Positions 12,253 to 27,276 are shown, counted from the first letter of the stretch. The stretch: 64,000 nucleotides of DNA from Eledone cirrhosa (GCA_964016885.1 OZ024741.1:289478001-289542000); one strand, 5' to 3'. Numbers and translations are program-made. The notes: generated by a model from the sequence alone, not told the origin.

Positions 12253-13015
12253 TATTGACAACTATAATAGCGGCAATAATAAAAAAAAGAAACAAAAGCA
12301 AAAATGAATAGGGAAATATAAAGAAAAAAGAGAAAAATAAAGAAAAAAAAGAACGAGAAGGGGAGGGGATGGCAAGAGCTCTGGTGTCGCAGAAGAGAAG
12401 GGAGGTGTGAAGGGAGAGGGTGATTGGGCTTTGGGCCTAGGGCAAAGGAGCAGAAGTGCTGCACCGCACGGACAAAACGGCAAAAGCATTCCCGCGGATG
12501 ATGGCCAGTGAAAGCCACTGCAACAACCACCAAACCACGCGGGCCTCCTTCCATAGATGGGCTGCCGACGCTCCGATCTTGTGAAAGGAGCTCGGCTGTA
12601 CGGGGAGAGCTTGTCTATTTTATTTAGTTGCCTCATTGGTGATTATTTACTGATGATACTTATATTCACCCTTACTGCACCTGCCAAACAGCTATTTAGA
12701 CCTGAAGAAATGTTGACATTTGTCACTTTATATTACTGTCTATTGGTGCTTGTATTCGTTGTGTCTATGTATTACATATGTATGTATTATATGAGTGCTT
12801 GACTTTCTGTGAATGTTTGTCGGTATGTATGTGACTGTATGTATGTGTGCGCACGTGTATCATGGCGTGTATAAATTGCACAGACATGCAATCACGCACA
12901 TGAATATACACACATATACACAAACATATATCCCCCCCATACACACATATATAGATATAGATGTGTGCGTGTGTATATATATATATATATATATAACAAA
13001 CCGAATATTAATAAT

Positions 13016-13121
13016 TGTTTCTACTATTTGGCACAAGGCCAACAATTATCCCAGTGCATTACTGGTACTTTACTTTATCGACGCCGTAAGGATGAACGGC
13101 AAAGTTAACCTCGGCGGGAAA
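13016..13121 (-). mobile_element. 5'-truncated S1 SINE with 14-bp TSD
   Basis: Flanked by the direct repeat CGAATATTAATAAT (13002-13015, 13122-13135). Confidence 0.85.
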
Positions 13122-13654
13122 CGAATATTAATAATATTATGATATTAGTATACTATCATTATTATTCACTCACGAATATATATGTGTGTGTGTGTATGTG
13201 TGTGTACGTGCGTGCGTGTGAGTGTATGTGTTTGAGTTATAACATACTGACTAACCAGGGATGCGCATGCAGAACTCCAATCTGTAAACGATGATGCTAT
13301 TAGGTTTAAGCACTCAACGTGATGTGTATCCATCCAAATTCGATTTGGGATTCGATGAGAGAGAATTCGTACAATAATTGTTTCTACATTTGGCACAAGG
13401 CCAGAAATCACCCCAGTGCCTTGCTGGTGCTTACTTACGGGTATACATTTATGGTACACATTTACGTGAGTTGTATCGAGGCAAATAACTTTGTGTGTAT
13501 TCTGGGATTTATACATAACCTCACCTATTGAGTACGCTGAGATGCAACTGGTACTAGCAGGGAAACCATATGCTAGTCCCGTTAACAACTTATTTTCTCC
13601 CAACTCGCAGATTTACAATGAGAGTAAGTTAAACAACTTTCCACATTTTTTATT

Positions 13655-13795
13655 GTGTTTGGTTTGATGTACACTCCAATACCTGTTCTAATTGTTTGTT
13701 TTTATATTTTTTACACGACTGTATGTAAAATCCCCGGCATGTCTTTGTATTGTCCCCTTTCTTATTGCGCCCTTGTGGCTAATAAAGAAATCTAT
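13655..13795 (+). mobile_element. 3' UTR fragment of Tx1/L1-like LINE
   Basis: TGTATTGTCCCC...GCCCTTGTGGCTAATAAAGAAATC matches the 3' end of the LINE at 23053 (TGTATTGTCCCC...GCCCTTGTGGCCAATAAATGAAATC). Confidence 0.6.
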
Positions 13796-14016
13796 CTTTT
13801 CTCTCATTCACCCAGTAAGCACAAGCACGCGCACTCACACACATTTTCCCACGCGCAGGCACACTCACACACAGCCAAAATAGCTGACTGAATTCACGCG
13901 TTTCTTTCAAAATTTTCCGTTGTTTCTTCCGCTTCCGCTTCTTCCTCTTTCTATTGGTGTGATTACATAATGATTTAATTTAATTTAAATCGTGGTTATC
14001 GTGGTTATCTTTTTAT

Positions 14017-14050
<34 letters not shown>

Positions 14051-14052
<2 letters not shown>

Positions 14053-14694
14053 CGTTTCTGAATTTGTTTAGCAAGATTCTTTATCTGAAAACGTGTGTTG
14101 AAACCGATATTGTTATACTTTGGGAGGGTCATGTTGCCAATGAGAAACACACGCACCAGTTGCTTTCACTTCAATTTATTATAAATTAAATTTATAAATT
14201 TAAGAATTTATAAATTTCCGGTTGGTTGGTTCCACAACCAGACGATTGTTCATATATTGTCAAAGTTCTTTCGTCACACATTCTGTGACCTCTTCAGTGA
14301 CTGGGATTCTTTTCTTTGTTTTTGTGCCTTTTCTTTCTTCTGTCCTACGTCATCTTGTTTTTGTGTGTGTTGTGTGCTTAGTTTGCGTATGTGTTACATC
14401 CGGGTGTCTGTGTGTGTTTATATTTGTTTATTTATTTGTTTATTTACATGTTACTGGTTGGTTGTTTGTTCTATGTGTGTGTTTTCATTTTGTCCTTAAT
14501 TGTAAGTTGTGATGTTGCTATTCCATTCATGTTTTCTATTTAATTTTGGTTGGAGTTCATTTATGTTTATTGCCTCTGTGATTTGTCTAAACATTGCGTC
14601 TTTTCTGTGTGTAGAATCTACAATTTATAATAAATTGGAGTGAAAGCAACTGGTGCGTGTTTTTCTTATTGGCAACATGACCCTCCCAATGCAT

Positions 14695-14700
<6 letters not shown>
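14051..14700. mobile_element. Foldback element, family A (long arm on minus strand, short inverted arm 14622-14700) in (TA)n
   Basis: Shares TTGGGAGGGTCATGTTGCCAAT..GAAACACACGCACCAGTTGCTTTCACT with the copies at 26483, 34660, 37730, 49735 and 57391. Confidence 0.85.
14259..14301 (-). ncRNA. Minimal type-I hammerhead motif (family A)
   Basis: Minus strand: GTCA-CTGAAGA-G-GTCACA gaatg TGTGAC-GAAA-GAAC-TT-TGAC. Confidence 0.7.
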
Positions 14701-14766
<66 letters not shown>

Positions 14767-14773
14767 TTATTTA

Positions 14774-14966
14774 TTTAATATAAACATGGCTTCAACAGGA
14801 CTGGAACTGTTTCATTCACGAGAATCATCAGGGATTTCCTGATGATTTCTCCTGAATGAAACAGTTCTAGTCCTGTAGAAGCCATGTCTATATTAAATAT
14901 TTATACTCTGCTATGTATTGAGTACCTTATTTACTGTGGTTACCCCCGATTGAAGCCGGGATAAAC
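14774..14966. mobile_element. Foldback element, family C, with hammerhead core boxes on both arms
   Basis: TCATCAGG-GATTT-CCTGATGA junction (14825-14845). Right arm reads CTGATGA-T-TTC tcct GAA-T-GAAA-CAGTTC. Confidence 0.8.
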
Positions 14967-14976
14967 ACACACACAC

Positions 14977-15155
<179 letters not shown>

Positions 15156-15306
15156 ATATTGAGTTAGAAACTCAAAATAGTCTCTTACAATTAAATAGCC
15201 CCAAGAAAGATGTTTTTTCTGAGCCGTGTAATATAATTGAATATACAAGAGAGCTAAACACAAATATAAACATACATGTGTTCGAATTGTAAAGGACCAA
15301 GTTCAC

Positions 15307-15382
<76 letters not shown>

Positions 15383-15399
15383 CTTTCTTAGCTCAGCTT

Positions 15400-15706
15400 T
15401 GCCTTTCATCTTTAAGGGATAATTAAATAGAGAGCCAGTAACGCGTTGGGGTCGATTTAATGGACTTTTCCCTCCCCCAAAATCGTTGGCCTTGGGCTTA
15501 AATCAGGAACCATTATTATGTGGATTGGTAGTATCGGTAGAGGGTCGGACGCCATGCTTTGACGCATAGAGTTACGGCCCTTGCCATTCTGAGTTCAAAT
15601 CCCGCCGAGGTCAACTTTGCCTTTCATCCTTACGAGGTCGATAAAATAAAGTACCAGTAATGCACTGGGATAATTACTGGCCTTGTGCCAAAAGTAGAAA
15701 CAATTA
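15400..15706 (+). mobile_element. Two adjacent S1 SINEs (partial plus near full-length)
   Basis: A-box-like TGGTAGTATCGGTAG, B-box GAGTTCAAATCCC and the S1 body. Confidence 0.85.
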
Positions 15707-16125
15707 TTATAAATTTCATGGCTATGGTCGTTGTTGCTATTATTGTATAAGAGGCAACCAAAGAAGTTTTTTCTTTTTAAATAAACAAAAAAGCTTTGTT
15801 TTAGCATGGCTGACTGGGAGAAGAAAGTTGATGGGAGAGGTCTGGGTCGTGTTACTTATAAGATGTTACAATATAAAGACAAAAGACATTTTAAAACATA
15901 TAGTATATTTAAATAAAGAAAAAAAAATACAAGTATATTGAGAGAGTTAATCCGTCAGTATTTAGAGAGAAGAGGAAAGAAATAACTGTTGCCCGGATGT
16001 GGATGGTCGTATTCAACAAGTTTTTGTTTCTAATTGGCAAGGAGGAAAAACAATTCGGATTTTGTTATATTTTTATATTTTTACTTACTTTTACTTTTCA
16101 CTTTGTACTATTCTTGTATCTTGTA

Positions 16126-16244
<119 letters not shown>

Positions 16245-16341
16245 TATACATACATACGCGTGCACACACACATGAACGTGCACGTATATATATAAATAGA
16301 TATATACATACACGTGCACACACACATACACGTGCACGTAG

Positions 16342-16376
<35 letters not shown>

Positions 16377-16579
16377 CATATATACATATATATATGTAAT
16401 ATATTTATTTATATATATATCTATATATATATATATTTAATGTATGTATGGTCTATTTGACAATATACCGTATGTTTAATTAAAAACATTTAGAAGACCA
16501 TACACTATCAGTTCTAAAGTAGTGACTATGTCACTTACTTCTTTTAATAACCATGTGTATTTGTTGTTAACCCTCTGCC

Positions 16580-16750
16580 AGTGCCAACGATAAGTATAGT
16601 GAATGCTTCATCAACTGAACAGCTTGCTCATGAAATTAGTATGCAAGTGGCCTCACACTCCTTGGACACGTCTAACCTTAACATAATTCCCAGGGAGATT
16701 TGGCTTGACAGAGTGCGGGGGATAAAGCCTTTGAATTATAAGTACAACAC
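16580..16750 (+). repeat. Dispersed repeat family H (also ~30390-30500, 45185-45335, 60270-60445)
   Basis: Shared TGAAATTA.T.T..AAGTGG...CTTAAC.T..TT.CCAG.....TT...TGACA...CCTTTGAATTACA.GTACA. Confidence 0.55.
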
Positions 16751-17149
16751 ATTTCCCCATCTGAATAAATCGTATCAACGTAAAATAACATACACTTTTC
16801 CAGGACAGAATGCGCCACCAGTAAACAAAATCACTGTCTTACATCAACAACAACATTTATAGGATCAACACCAACAACAAAAGTAATATTAGCAACAACA
16901 CCGATAACAAAAGTGTCATCGATTTCACCACCACTAGCACAACTAGTTTGATAATATCAACTTATGGACTGGACTTGATCTTTGCTCTTTAAACTTTGCT
17001 GCTGGTGATCGAACTTTGTGGAGTAAAATATTTCATGTTGATGTGCAGTCTGCAACCGGCGGAGTTTAGCAAAGAAGAGAGAGCACAATCAACACCAACA
17101 CCAACACCAACACCAACAGGAATTACATAGCTTTCTAACTTAAGCTCAA

Positions 17150-17345
17150 TGCCAGTAGATGTTTTGCGAGGGGGGACAAAATTGATAAAATAAACCCTAG
17201 AACTTAACTAGTACTTTATTTAAGCGACCCCGGAATAATGAAAGGAAACGTTGACATCAGTGGGATTTGAACAATAAATGTAAAGAGCCAGATCATATAC
17301 TGCAATGGCATTTTACCCGACGCTCTATCAATTCTGGTTATCCAT
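17150..17345 (-). mobile_element. Old diverged S1-like SINE
   Basis: GTACTTTATTTAAGCGACCCCGGAATAATGAAAGG...GGGATTTGAAC. Confidence 0.65.
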
Positions 17346-18084
17346 TACCCGTAATAATAGGGTGGGCTGAAGATTTCATAGGTTGACCAAGATATTCTCA
17401 TGGAATGACCAGATGAGTTTTATTTTATACCATAGTCCTTGGAAAGAAGCAATGTAGTTATTATTATAATAAGAAAAGTTAAAATTAATGTATGCAAGGT
17501 TTCACAACTCTAGTATCATTCTTCCAAAGTCAGTCTATGAACTTCTTGTTAACTAACCCTCTTATTAATATCCAACAGTAATAATATTAATACCACCACC
17601 ACCACCTACGACCCCCGCCACCACCACCTACGACCCCCCACCATCACCACCTACGACCCCCCACCGCCACCACCTACGACCCACCACCACCACCACCACC
17701 ATCATCAACAAAAACAGCAGCCGCACCCTGAACACCACTGCTAGCACTACCAACCCCAACTCCACAGGCATAACAAGCATCCTCCCAGCCATCACCAGTA
17801 CAACGACTAATACCACCGCCAACACCACTACCACCAACAACAACACCTAGAACATCCTTAAAAACAAGATGATTATTCCGTCAAACTTTATGAAATTGTA
17901 ATATGTGATGAGATGTTAATCTCAGCATTTGCTGTTCATTTTAAAGATGGTCATTATTGATTAATTAGTGTTAATTATTATTATATGTAGTAGCAGTAGC
18001 AGAAACATTCCAATCCTTTTCCTCCTCCCCCTCTTCCTTCAAGACCTTGTCATCATTATCATCATTCTTATCAGCGTTGGACAA

Positions 18085-18670
18085 CAGGCCTTGAGGTATA
18101 TAATTACGTTCTGAGTTCAAATCCCGCCGAGGTTGGCTTTGCCTTTCATCAATACGTGGTCGATAAAATAAAGTACCAGTTATGCACTGGGGTCGGTTTA
18201 ACTGACTTTCCCCTCTACCAAAATTTCTGGCCTTGTGCCTAAACCAGAAACCATTATAATTATCGTCGAGTGCATCAGATTGGCAATATCCGTAGAGCAT
18301 CTGGGTAGTAGCATCAGCAGCACCATTCCATTCCTCCTCCTCCTCCTCCTCCTCCTCATCATCATCATCATCATCACCATCATCATCATTATCTCCCTCC
18401 TTTTAGACGTCATCATCAACATCACCATCATCATCATCATCATCATCATCATTCTTGTCATTATAACTAACGTCAAGTATGTCAGATTGGCAGAATCGGT
18501 AGAGCGTCAGGTAAAATGCTTTGTGGCATTTAGTTCTAGCCCTTTACTCATGATCAGTTTTGCTTTTCATCAATCTGGGGTCTATGACATAAATTACCAG
18601 TAAAGTACTGTGGTCGATATAATCGAATTTCCCCCTCACACAAATTGCTGGCCTTGTGATTAAATTAAAA
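18085..18670 (+). mobile_element. Two S1-like SINEs (~18085-18255, ~18485-18670) separated by (CAT)n
   Basis: GAGTTCAAATCCCGCCGAGG..CTTTGCCTTTCATC...GGCCTTGTG in both copies. Confidence 0.7.
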
Positions 18671-18815
18671 ATCATTGTAAGCAGTGTCATCATAATAATC
18701 ATCGTCATCATCATCATCATCATCTTCATCACACACAATCCCATTATCATCATCAACATAATCATAATCACTATCAGCAACAGCATTGACACAACGGAAT
18801 CAATAGCGGCAACAG

Positions 18816-18865
<50 letters not shown>

Positions 18866-19087
18866 CGAACAGCAACAACAAAAAAAGCCGTATATAATGG
18901 AACCAAGTGCAGCAATTGTTAATATGCCAAACTCCTTAACAACAATAACAACAAACTACCACTGAAGGATCCTCCGTCGGTGGCGACAAAGTAAATTCGG
19001 TTGAAAATTCAAAAGAAAAGTGGTTGAGTGTCTAACAGAGCTTTGCACTCAATCCGAATCAGTTTGACACAGCATATAACAATAAGT

Positions 19088-19470
19088 CTTCTTCTTCTTC
19101 TTCTTCTTCTTCTTCTTCTTCTTCTTCTTCTTCTTCTTCTTCTTCTTCTTCTTCTTCTTCTTCTTCTTCTTCTTCTTCTTCTTCTTCTTCTTCTTCTTCT
19201 TCTTCTTCTTCTTCTTCTTCTTCGTCCACTTATTTCTGAGAGAGTCGTATGGGCCGAGTCCTCAAGCACACCTTCCATCGGGGTTCCTGTCAGAAGCAAC
19301 CGTCTCTAATTGATCCGTTTGGATCCCAAAGTGAGATCAGTGGAGCTCATTCATGGCTGTTCTCCAAACATCTTACTCGCCATCTACTGCTGGGACTACT
19401 GCCGGCTAATTTTGCCCGTAAAATCTGTCCAGTAATCCTATCCTAAGACATTCAAACCACATGGATTTAC
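19088..19470 (-). mobile_element. 3' end of RTE-like LINE with expanded (GAA)n tail
   Basis: (TTC)n ~19088-19223 abuts a sequence whose reverse complement resembles 60722-60896 and 30190-30375 (TTGGGATC, TTGCTTCTGACAGGA, GTG.TTGAGG, AATAA.TGG..GAAGAAG). Confidence 0.65.
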
Positions 19471-19809
19471 AGATAATATATATCTGACGGGCTTCCGTGC
19501 AATTTTCATCTTCTTATTTTCACTCAGATGGATAAAGCCGATTCCATGTCATAGTTAAGATATTTGCCCAATATACCATGCAATGGAATTGAACTTGGAT
19601 CTTCTTCTATAATATTAGCAGCATCAGTAACAATATCAACAACAAAAATATCATCAATGGAAAGTTACTAATTTACTCGATTATGAAACAATGTGACACA
19701 GTGACAAAATAACATTTTCTACTACAAAGTTATCAAAAATATGTATATTATTTTGTATTCATATGTATTACACACATACACACTCACACATACACACACA
19801 CACGCACAC

Positions 19810-19912
<103 letters not shown>

Positions 19913-20479
19913 TGTGTGTGTGTGTGTGTTTGCATCGCATAAAATCTATGAGTACATTCATACATACACACTTACGCACACACGCACACACAAATATACA
20001 CATATATACATATATACATACAAACATGCATACGCAGATTTCTATATCTCCCAAGATATCGAACGTAATATATAAATTGATAGGAATCAATAAGTAGAAA
20101 TGATGTCATCACCAGAATTATTAAGGTAAATCAAATTTCCTTCCAAGTTAAGGTGTTGATATTAATCTGAAGATTGTCACTACGACATAACTTGAAAAAT
20201 ATTTTTATTATTTTTTTACGTAAGACATATTTACTTGTTTAATTATTCATTCAATCACATGCTTAGCATTTCCTCTCTCTCTTTCTCCCTCTTTCTCCCT
20301 CTTTCTCCCTCTCTCCCTCTCGCTGTCTCTCTCTCCCTCTCCCTCTCTCCCTCTCGCTCTCTCTCTGTATATATAGAAGTCATTTCTCTATATATTTATA
20401 TAATAAAGATGCCTATACTCTACCAATGTATTGAGTAACCTTTTTAACTGTGGTTACCTCCCCACCGACACAACACGGG

Positions 20480-20700
<221 letters not shown>

Positions 20701-20715
20701 ATATATATATATACA

Positions 20716-20809
<94 letters not shown>

Positions 20810-20919
20810 CAGTGAATCTTTATGAAATATCTACATTCAACTTTTCTTTAATATAGAATAGTGCTATGTTGAATTATAGTTTTAAACGGCGACCTCTAAT
20901 AGCCGTTCTGTATCGAGCG

Positions 20920-21560
20920 GTTGGCTCGACAAAGATATCTTCTTTACCTCTTCCTTATGTGCCGGCTATTGAATCACAGCTGTGGATGTTAGAACCTTTG
21001 CGGAGCATCTTTTTCGTACCGGTATGTGTGATGCAATGTCGACATACACGAATGACGTCACCGTGATGGTCTTGGACACCATGGAATTGGAGATGATCAA
21101 CACAGCCCTAAATGAATATGAGGCGGTGGAAGGAGCAAACATCATCCCGGAAATGTCTGTGGGCTGGCGGCCCGGCAACCGGAGAGGCGAGTCTCTGCCG
21201 TCGGACCGTGTTGTGGGGGCAACGGACCGATCGGCGTATGAAACGGCTTGGTGTCTGGTTGGTCATTACCTCCAGGTGGGCAGCAACAGAGATAAGGTTT
21301 CGAGTAGGTTCACTGAGAAATGGGTTAAGGGCAAGCTATCCCAGTAAGGTAGGTCAGATGTGGCGAATGCTTACATCGCATCCATCATCATTTACTGTCT
21401 GACCATCATGCCATGACCCAGACGCAGACGCAGACCCAGACTTCGTCTGACAAGACTGGAACATCAACTGTTGCACTTCTTGTGTAAAAACTGTGACCCT
21501 CTAGTTAGACGGTCCATCTGTTTTCAACACCCACATCTCGGAAGACTCTGCATGCGGAAT
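20920..21560 (+). pseudogene. Degenerate Tx1/L1-like LINE reverse transcriptase fragment
   Basis: MSTYTNDVTVMV (decayed YADD), LNEYEAVEGANII, and similarity to the minus-strand copy at 24180-24600. Confidence 0.7.
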
Positions 21561-22117
21561 AGGGGTGTTTCCTCGTAGGATGGTGAGGGAGAAGAAGCTC
21601 ACACCTGCAGGTAGTCAACTCTGTACCGATGGTGGTGAGTAAGGAGGTGGCTGTAGGGTCAAGGACAGTTTTATGTTTGGTTTGCTGTTTGACTGTCTGG
21701 TTGGCTGTTTGTTTAGTGGTTAGGGATGGTTGAGTGCTTGTTGGATGGATTGTTATTTGGATAGTTGGTTGCTTCTTTCGCTGGTGGGTTGGGCTATATT
21801 TATTTGAGTAGGGTGGCTGGTTTACAGGTGGGCTGGCTGGCTGTTTGATTCTTTGGCAGGCTGGTTTGTTTGATGGCTGTCTGGCTGTTTGGTTATTTTG
21901 ATGGCTGGCTGGTTATATTATTTAATTATCACAAATCTTTCTATTTGTTTTTGTTATTCAATTGATCGAATGTATGATTTACTTCGATCATCTTTCACAC
22001 CTTCAACATCAATAATTTCATAATTTATAAAGCTTATCCTCTACACATTGTTGTCATGCTTTGTTTCGTAATATATATATATATATACACATATATATAT
22101 ATATATATATATACATT

Positions 22118-22185
<68 letters not shown>

Positions 22186-22885
22186 CATTATATATATATT
22201 ATATACATGATATATATATATGTATATATATATATGTATACACACATATATTTACATACATACATGCATACGTATATATCAACGTAAGAAATATATTAAC
22301 TTTTCTGTTTGTTTAATTACATAATCTTTTATATCCATTTATCATTTCACATCACTGGTATTTACTTTATATTTATTTTAATATCCATTTTTTTATTATC
22401 GTTATTTCTTCATCTATATTTCCATTTTCTATTCTTCATATACAATATTCCTCGCCATTACTGTTTTATCTAATCAACAATCAATTATATTTAATCATTT
22501 CCAATGTCATTTCATCTTTATTTTGTCACTTAATTGCAAATAATTGTGTAAGAGTGTTAAAACAAGATTTGGTTCCGATTTTTACGCTCCAACTGTCACT
22601 ACTCCTTTCACACTCTACACCTCTTCCTTTCTCTCCCCATATCCCCCCCCCCCCCTCTCTCGCCCCCCCCCCCCCTCTCATTCCTATTCAATATTACTCT
22701 TAATTTTTACTCATATTTATTTATTATACGTGCTCAATTTATTTATCGATATATTTACTTCTGTCAATCTTTCTTATTAAATTTCTTTCCCTCCCTCTTT
22801 ATCTCACTCCCTCTACTCCTTCTCTCTCTCCCCCTTCTCGCTCTCCTCCTCTCTCTCTCTCCCTCTCTCTCTATCTCTCTCTCTC

Positions 22886-22917
<32 letters not shown>

Positions 22918-23052
22918 ATAAATATAGATCAAAATAATATTATTTCAATAATAATATACCATAATATACCATAAACAGCTCAATGCTGATACTGGCTTAA
23001 ACATATTTTGCAGAACTTCATTTATACAAATTATATTTAGGCATAATAAGGA

Positions 23053-24605
23053 TTTCATTTATTGGCCACAAGGGCCGACATATAGGGGACAATACAAAAG
23101 ACTGGGACAGTGGAGTTTTTCAGAAAAATCGAGTAAACAATGTGAATAACAATAACAAAGTAACAAGAAAAATACAAGAAAAATTCCCCAATAGGGGATG
23201 ACCACCCAGGGTTCGCTCAGGTACCCCACCAATCCTGAACGACCGGACGCTTCGAGAGCACTCTGGAAGGCACTCTTCTCCTTCTCAAATTTACCCACCT
23301 ACAGGCGCATGACCAGAGTAGGCCCACTCACACGAGCCATTCTCGCAACATTCACCCACCTTTCAGCAAATGTACTGGGGGGCAGCACTTCTCTCTCCAC
23401 CCTCATCTTCCTTTCCAAGTGAAACTTGAAAAAGTTGATGAGGGATTGGCCGAAGAGAAAAGTGTCTGTCTTCAGTCCTTTCAACATCGTCCACCATACA
23501 TCCTCTTTCGCTACTGCCACCAGACAGAGGAAAAATTGCTTGCCCTTCCTGGACAAAATAAGGCGGCGGGTCGATCTTCACTATGGACTCGGCCGATAGC
23601 CGGATCCGTTCTACACGCGACAACAGCTGTTCGACATAACTCCACAAGTGAGTAATGCACGGACACTGGACGAGTGCGTGCAGTACGGTTTCGTCGCTCT
23701 GCGCGCATCTCGGGCAGGTCCGTCTGACAACACTTCCGTGCCTGTAGAGTTTATCTCGAACCGGCAGTGCCCCCCCCCCCCCGGTAGCACTGCCAAGCGA
23801 GGGAATTTTGGAAATTATTCATCGTCCTGGACTCTCAGAGTCTCTCCGAGTGCGTCGTCGCACTTGCCCACCACTAGTCCTCTATAGAACTCGAGAGTGG
23901 AAGTTCCACTTACCGCATTGCCCGCCTGGTAGAGGGCAGTGAGTGCCTGGCAACATTACAGATGCTAGTCAACCAGTCTCGGTCTCTTCTTGACCCAGGA
24001 CTGCAGCTCAGTCAAAGAGACGAGCTGCGGGAAGGCCCGTCTGACAAACGGCAACCACACCTGTTCACCGTTTAGGCAGAATATCTGGAGATGCCACAGC
24101 CTCAGCGCGTGTCTGCGCATCATTAGCCACGGCATGCCCAGCCCTCCACGTAGAGGGTGCTGGCAGCAGATGGACCGCCTCACCAGCGGAACCTCCACAA
24201 GAATTTGAATAGGAGCTGCTCCAAGATGGCGAAGCGCGAACGGGGGCAAGGGACGACGGTCAGACGGTAGTAGATGACGGACGTGATGCACGCGTTCGCC
24301 ACCTCCGCCCGACCTTTCAGTGATAGCTTCATCCCAGCCCATTTCTGGGTGAGACTGGCTACCCTGCCCGTCACCTCGTCCCAATTCTTATCCACCTGGA
24401 GGTCTGGCCCGAACCAAACCACGAGCAACTTTACCGGTCCGTCCGTCCAGCACCTAACGACGCTGTTTGACGGCATAGCTGCAAGCCACCGACGCTCTCC
24501 AGGTGCATAGTTGCAAGCCCACCGACTTTTCCGGGTTAAGTTTTGCTCCCGTCAACCTTTCATATTCCTCCAATAAGTTGCCGAAAACCTCGATTTCTGA
24601 GGTAT
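23053..24605 (-). mobile_element. 5'-truncated Tx1/L1-clade LINE (RT C-terminal region plus 3' UTR)
   Basis: LEEYERLTGAKLNPEKS, KLSLKGRAEVANACITSVIYYRLTVVPCP, LERKMRVERE; AATAAA at the 3' end; frameshifted. Confidence 0.85.
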
Positions 24606-24706
24606 ATTTAAGCATAATAATAAATAGTATATTAAAAGAGCATTGTAAGCAAAGAATACATTTAAAAAAAGAACGTCTTTCTTACAAAAAATGTTTATAC
24701 CGCTTA

Positions 24707-24747
<41 letters not shown>

Positions 24748-24754
<7 letters not shown>

Positions 24755-25113
24755 TAAAATAACAGATTAAAGTTTAAGCAAAGAATCGCTGCTTTCACCC
24801 TTAACGGGATCTTCTGAAACTAACAAAGTCAATCTGTAAACGCAGAACTGGATATTTCAAAAAACGTTGCAACCGGAGGAAGACAGGAAGACGATACTTT
24901 GGTTCATGGTGACGTTCGCTGGCAAAGAACGGGAAAAAACGAATAATACGTCATGTTTCAGAAGATCCCGTTAAGGGTGAAAGCAGCGATTCTTTGCTTA
25001 AACTTTAATCTGTTATTTTAATAAATATTTGCTCTTCGGTTCTTATATATTTGATATATATTTTCCTTATCGAGCCCTCTCTGGATTTTTGTCTTCAATT
25101 TTATTATTATTAC
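24748..25113. mobile_element. Foldback element, family E, in (TA)n
   Basis: ~73-bp perfect inverted arms 24748-24820 / 24955-25028 plus a right-hand tail. Degenerate core CAGAAGA-T-CCC gttaa GGG-T-GAAA. Confidence 0.75.
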
Positions 25114-25296
25114 TATATATATATATATAAATTTAGAAGAAACAAGGGGCTGTGTAGTTAGTTGATAAAGTGTATTTCGAAATAAAAGGAAAGCACAAAC
25201 AAGGAACAGTCCCCTGTTAAGTTTAATGCGTTGAAATATCGGTGATATCCAGTAGACAACTGGAGAGGGGACTGTCCCTTGTTTGTGCTTTTCTTT

Positions 25297-25409
<113 letters not shown>

Positions 25410-25949
25410 TTCTCTCTTTATATATATATAGTTTAAGATAAGAAAGAGAGAAACACATGGATACAATTGCACAACGACTTAGTTTCACGGTTGTTAGAAA
25501 AGTCAAAGGAGTGTTTGCCCTCCATATTTTTCTACCGCATTATACCGGCTTAAAAAAAGGAAATATTGGCCATTTACTACATATTTCACAATGCTTTGTA
25601 TTAACTACACTACAATATGTGAGTGTGTGTGTGCCTGTGTGTGTGTGTCTGTGTCTGTGTGTGTCTGTGTGTGCCTGTGTGTGCGTCTGTATGTATGTGT
25701 GTGTGTGTGTGAAGATGAAACTGAAGGAATGATTGGTGGAGTGGATGTGTGTGTCTCACAAAGGATGTAAGCGAAGATGTGTCATTACAAACGTATTGAG
25801 GGACAGAATTGAAAAACATTTAAACGAATTGAGGAATTCAAAGGGTTGTGCAAGCAGGTTAATTTGAGGGAAGATATACATGTTTTCTTTATAATTATTG
25901 TTTATATGCCTGTGCGTGTCATCACGGTGGGTGACTTGTTCTTTACGGA

Positions 25950-26061
<112 letters not shown>

Positions 26062-26173
26062 CCCACTCTACTACCGTTATGGTCCACCCTCTTTGTTATA
26101 TATGTATATATATATCAAGTAAGTATGTTTTGAAACAGTGAGCAGGTTTGAAATTAGAAAATATATCGCTTTC

Positions 26174-26345
26174 ACCGTATTTTTGACTAAAGGAATTTTA
26201 GCCTGATAATGGGGTTTAGAACCCTCAGATAAATGGAAAAAGATGAGTATTGACGTACATGTACGTCAATACTCATCTTTTTCCATTTATCTGAGGGTTC
26301 TAAACCCCATTATCAGGCTAAAATTCCTTTAGTCAAAAATACGGT
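26174..26345. repeat. 172-bp perfect palindrome with no spacer
   Basis: Centre ACGTACA|TGTACGT at 26259/26260; arms are exact reverse complements from ACCGTATT to AATACGGT. Confidence 0.92.
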
Positions 26346-26351
26346 TAAAGC

Positions 26352-26459
<108 letters not shown>

Positions 26460-26832
26460 ATATATATATATATATATATATATTGTTATACTTTGGGAGG
26501 GTCATGTTGCCAATAAGAAACACACGCACCAGTTATATATATATATATATTTCATTTCTGAATTTGTTTAGCAAGATTCTTTATATAATATATATATAGG
26601 GTATCTCAAGAAATGTATACACTCTTCTACAGCATTCTAATAATTATTGCTTGTACAATCAAAGTGTGTATATATATATTTATTCTTGGTGGCTTTGGAT
26701 TAAATCTCACTGTCTGGCACCTTTCGGTAGAGTCTTCTAATTGAACAATGATTCCTAAGTAGAATGTTGGTGACTTCACGTAATAGTATGTTCCAATGCT
26801 GAGGTGACAATTTTTAAAAGCAAATAAGACTG

Positions 26833-26967
<135 letters not shown>

Positions 26968-27042
26968 AAGCAGTTGATGCTGCGACTAGAGTTGATTTTT
27001 ACTTCTAGAATATATATATGTATATATATATATATGCATGTA

Positions 27043-27095
<53 letters not shown>

Positions 27096-27133
27096 ATATA
27101 TGTATATATATATAGATATATATATATATACAC

Positions 27134-27183
<50 letters not shown>

Positions 27184-27228
27184 GTATATATATATATATA
27201 TATACACATATGTATATATATATATATA

Positions 27229-27276
<48 letters not shown>

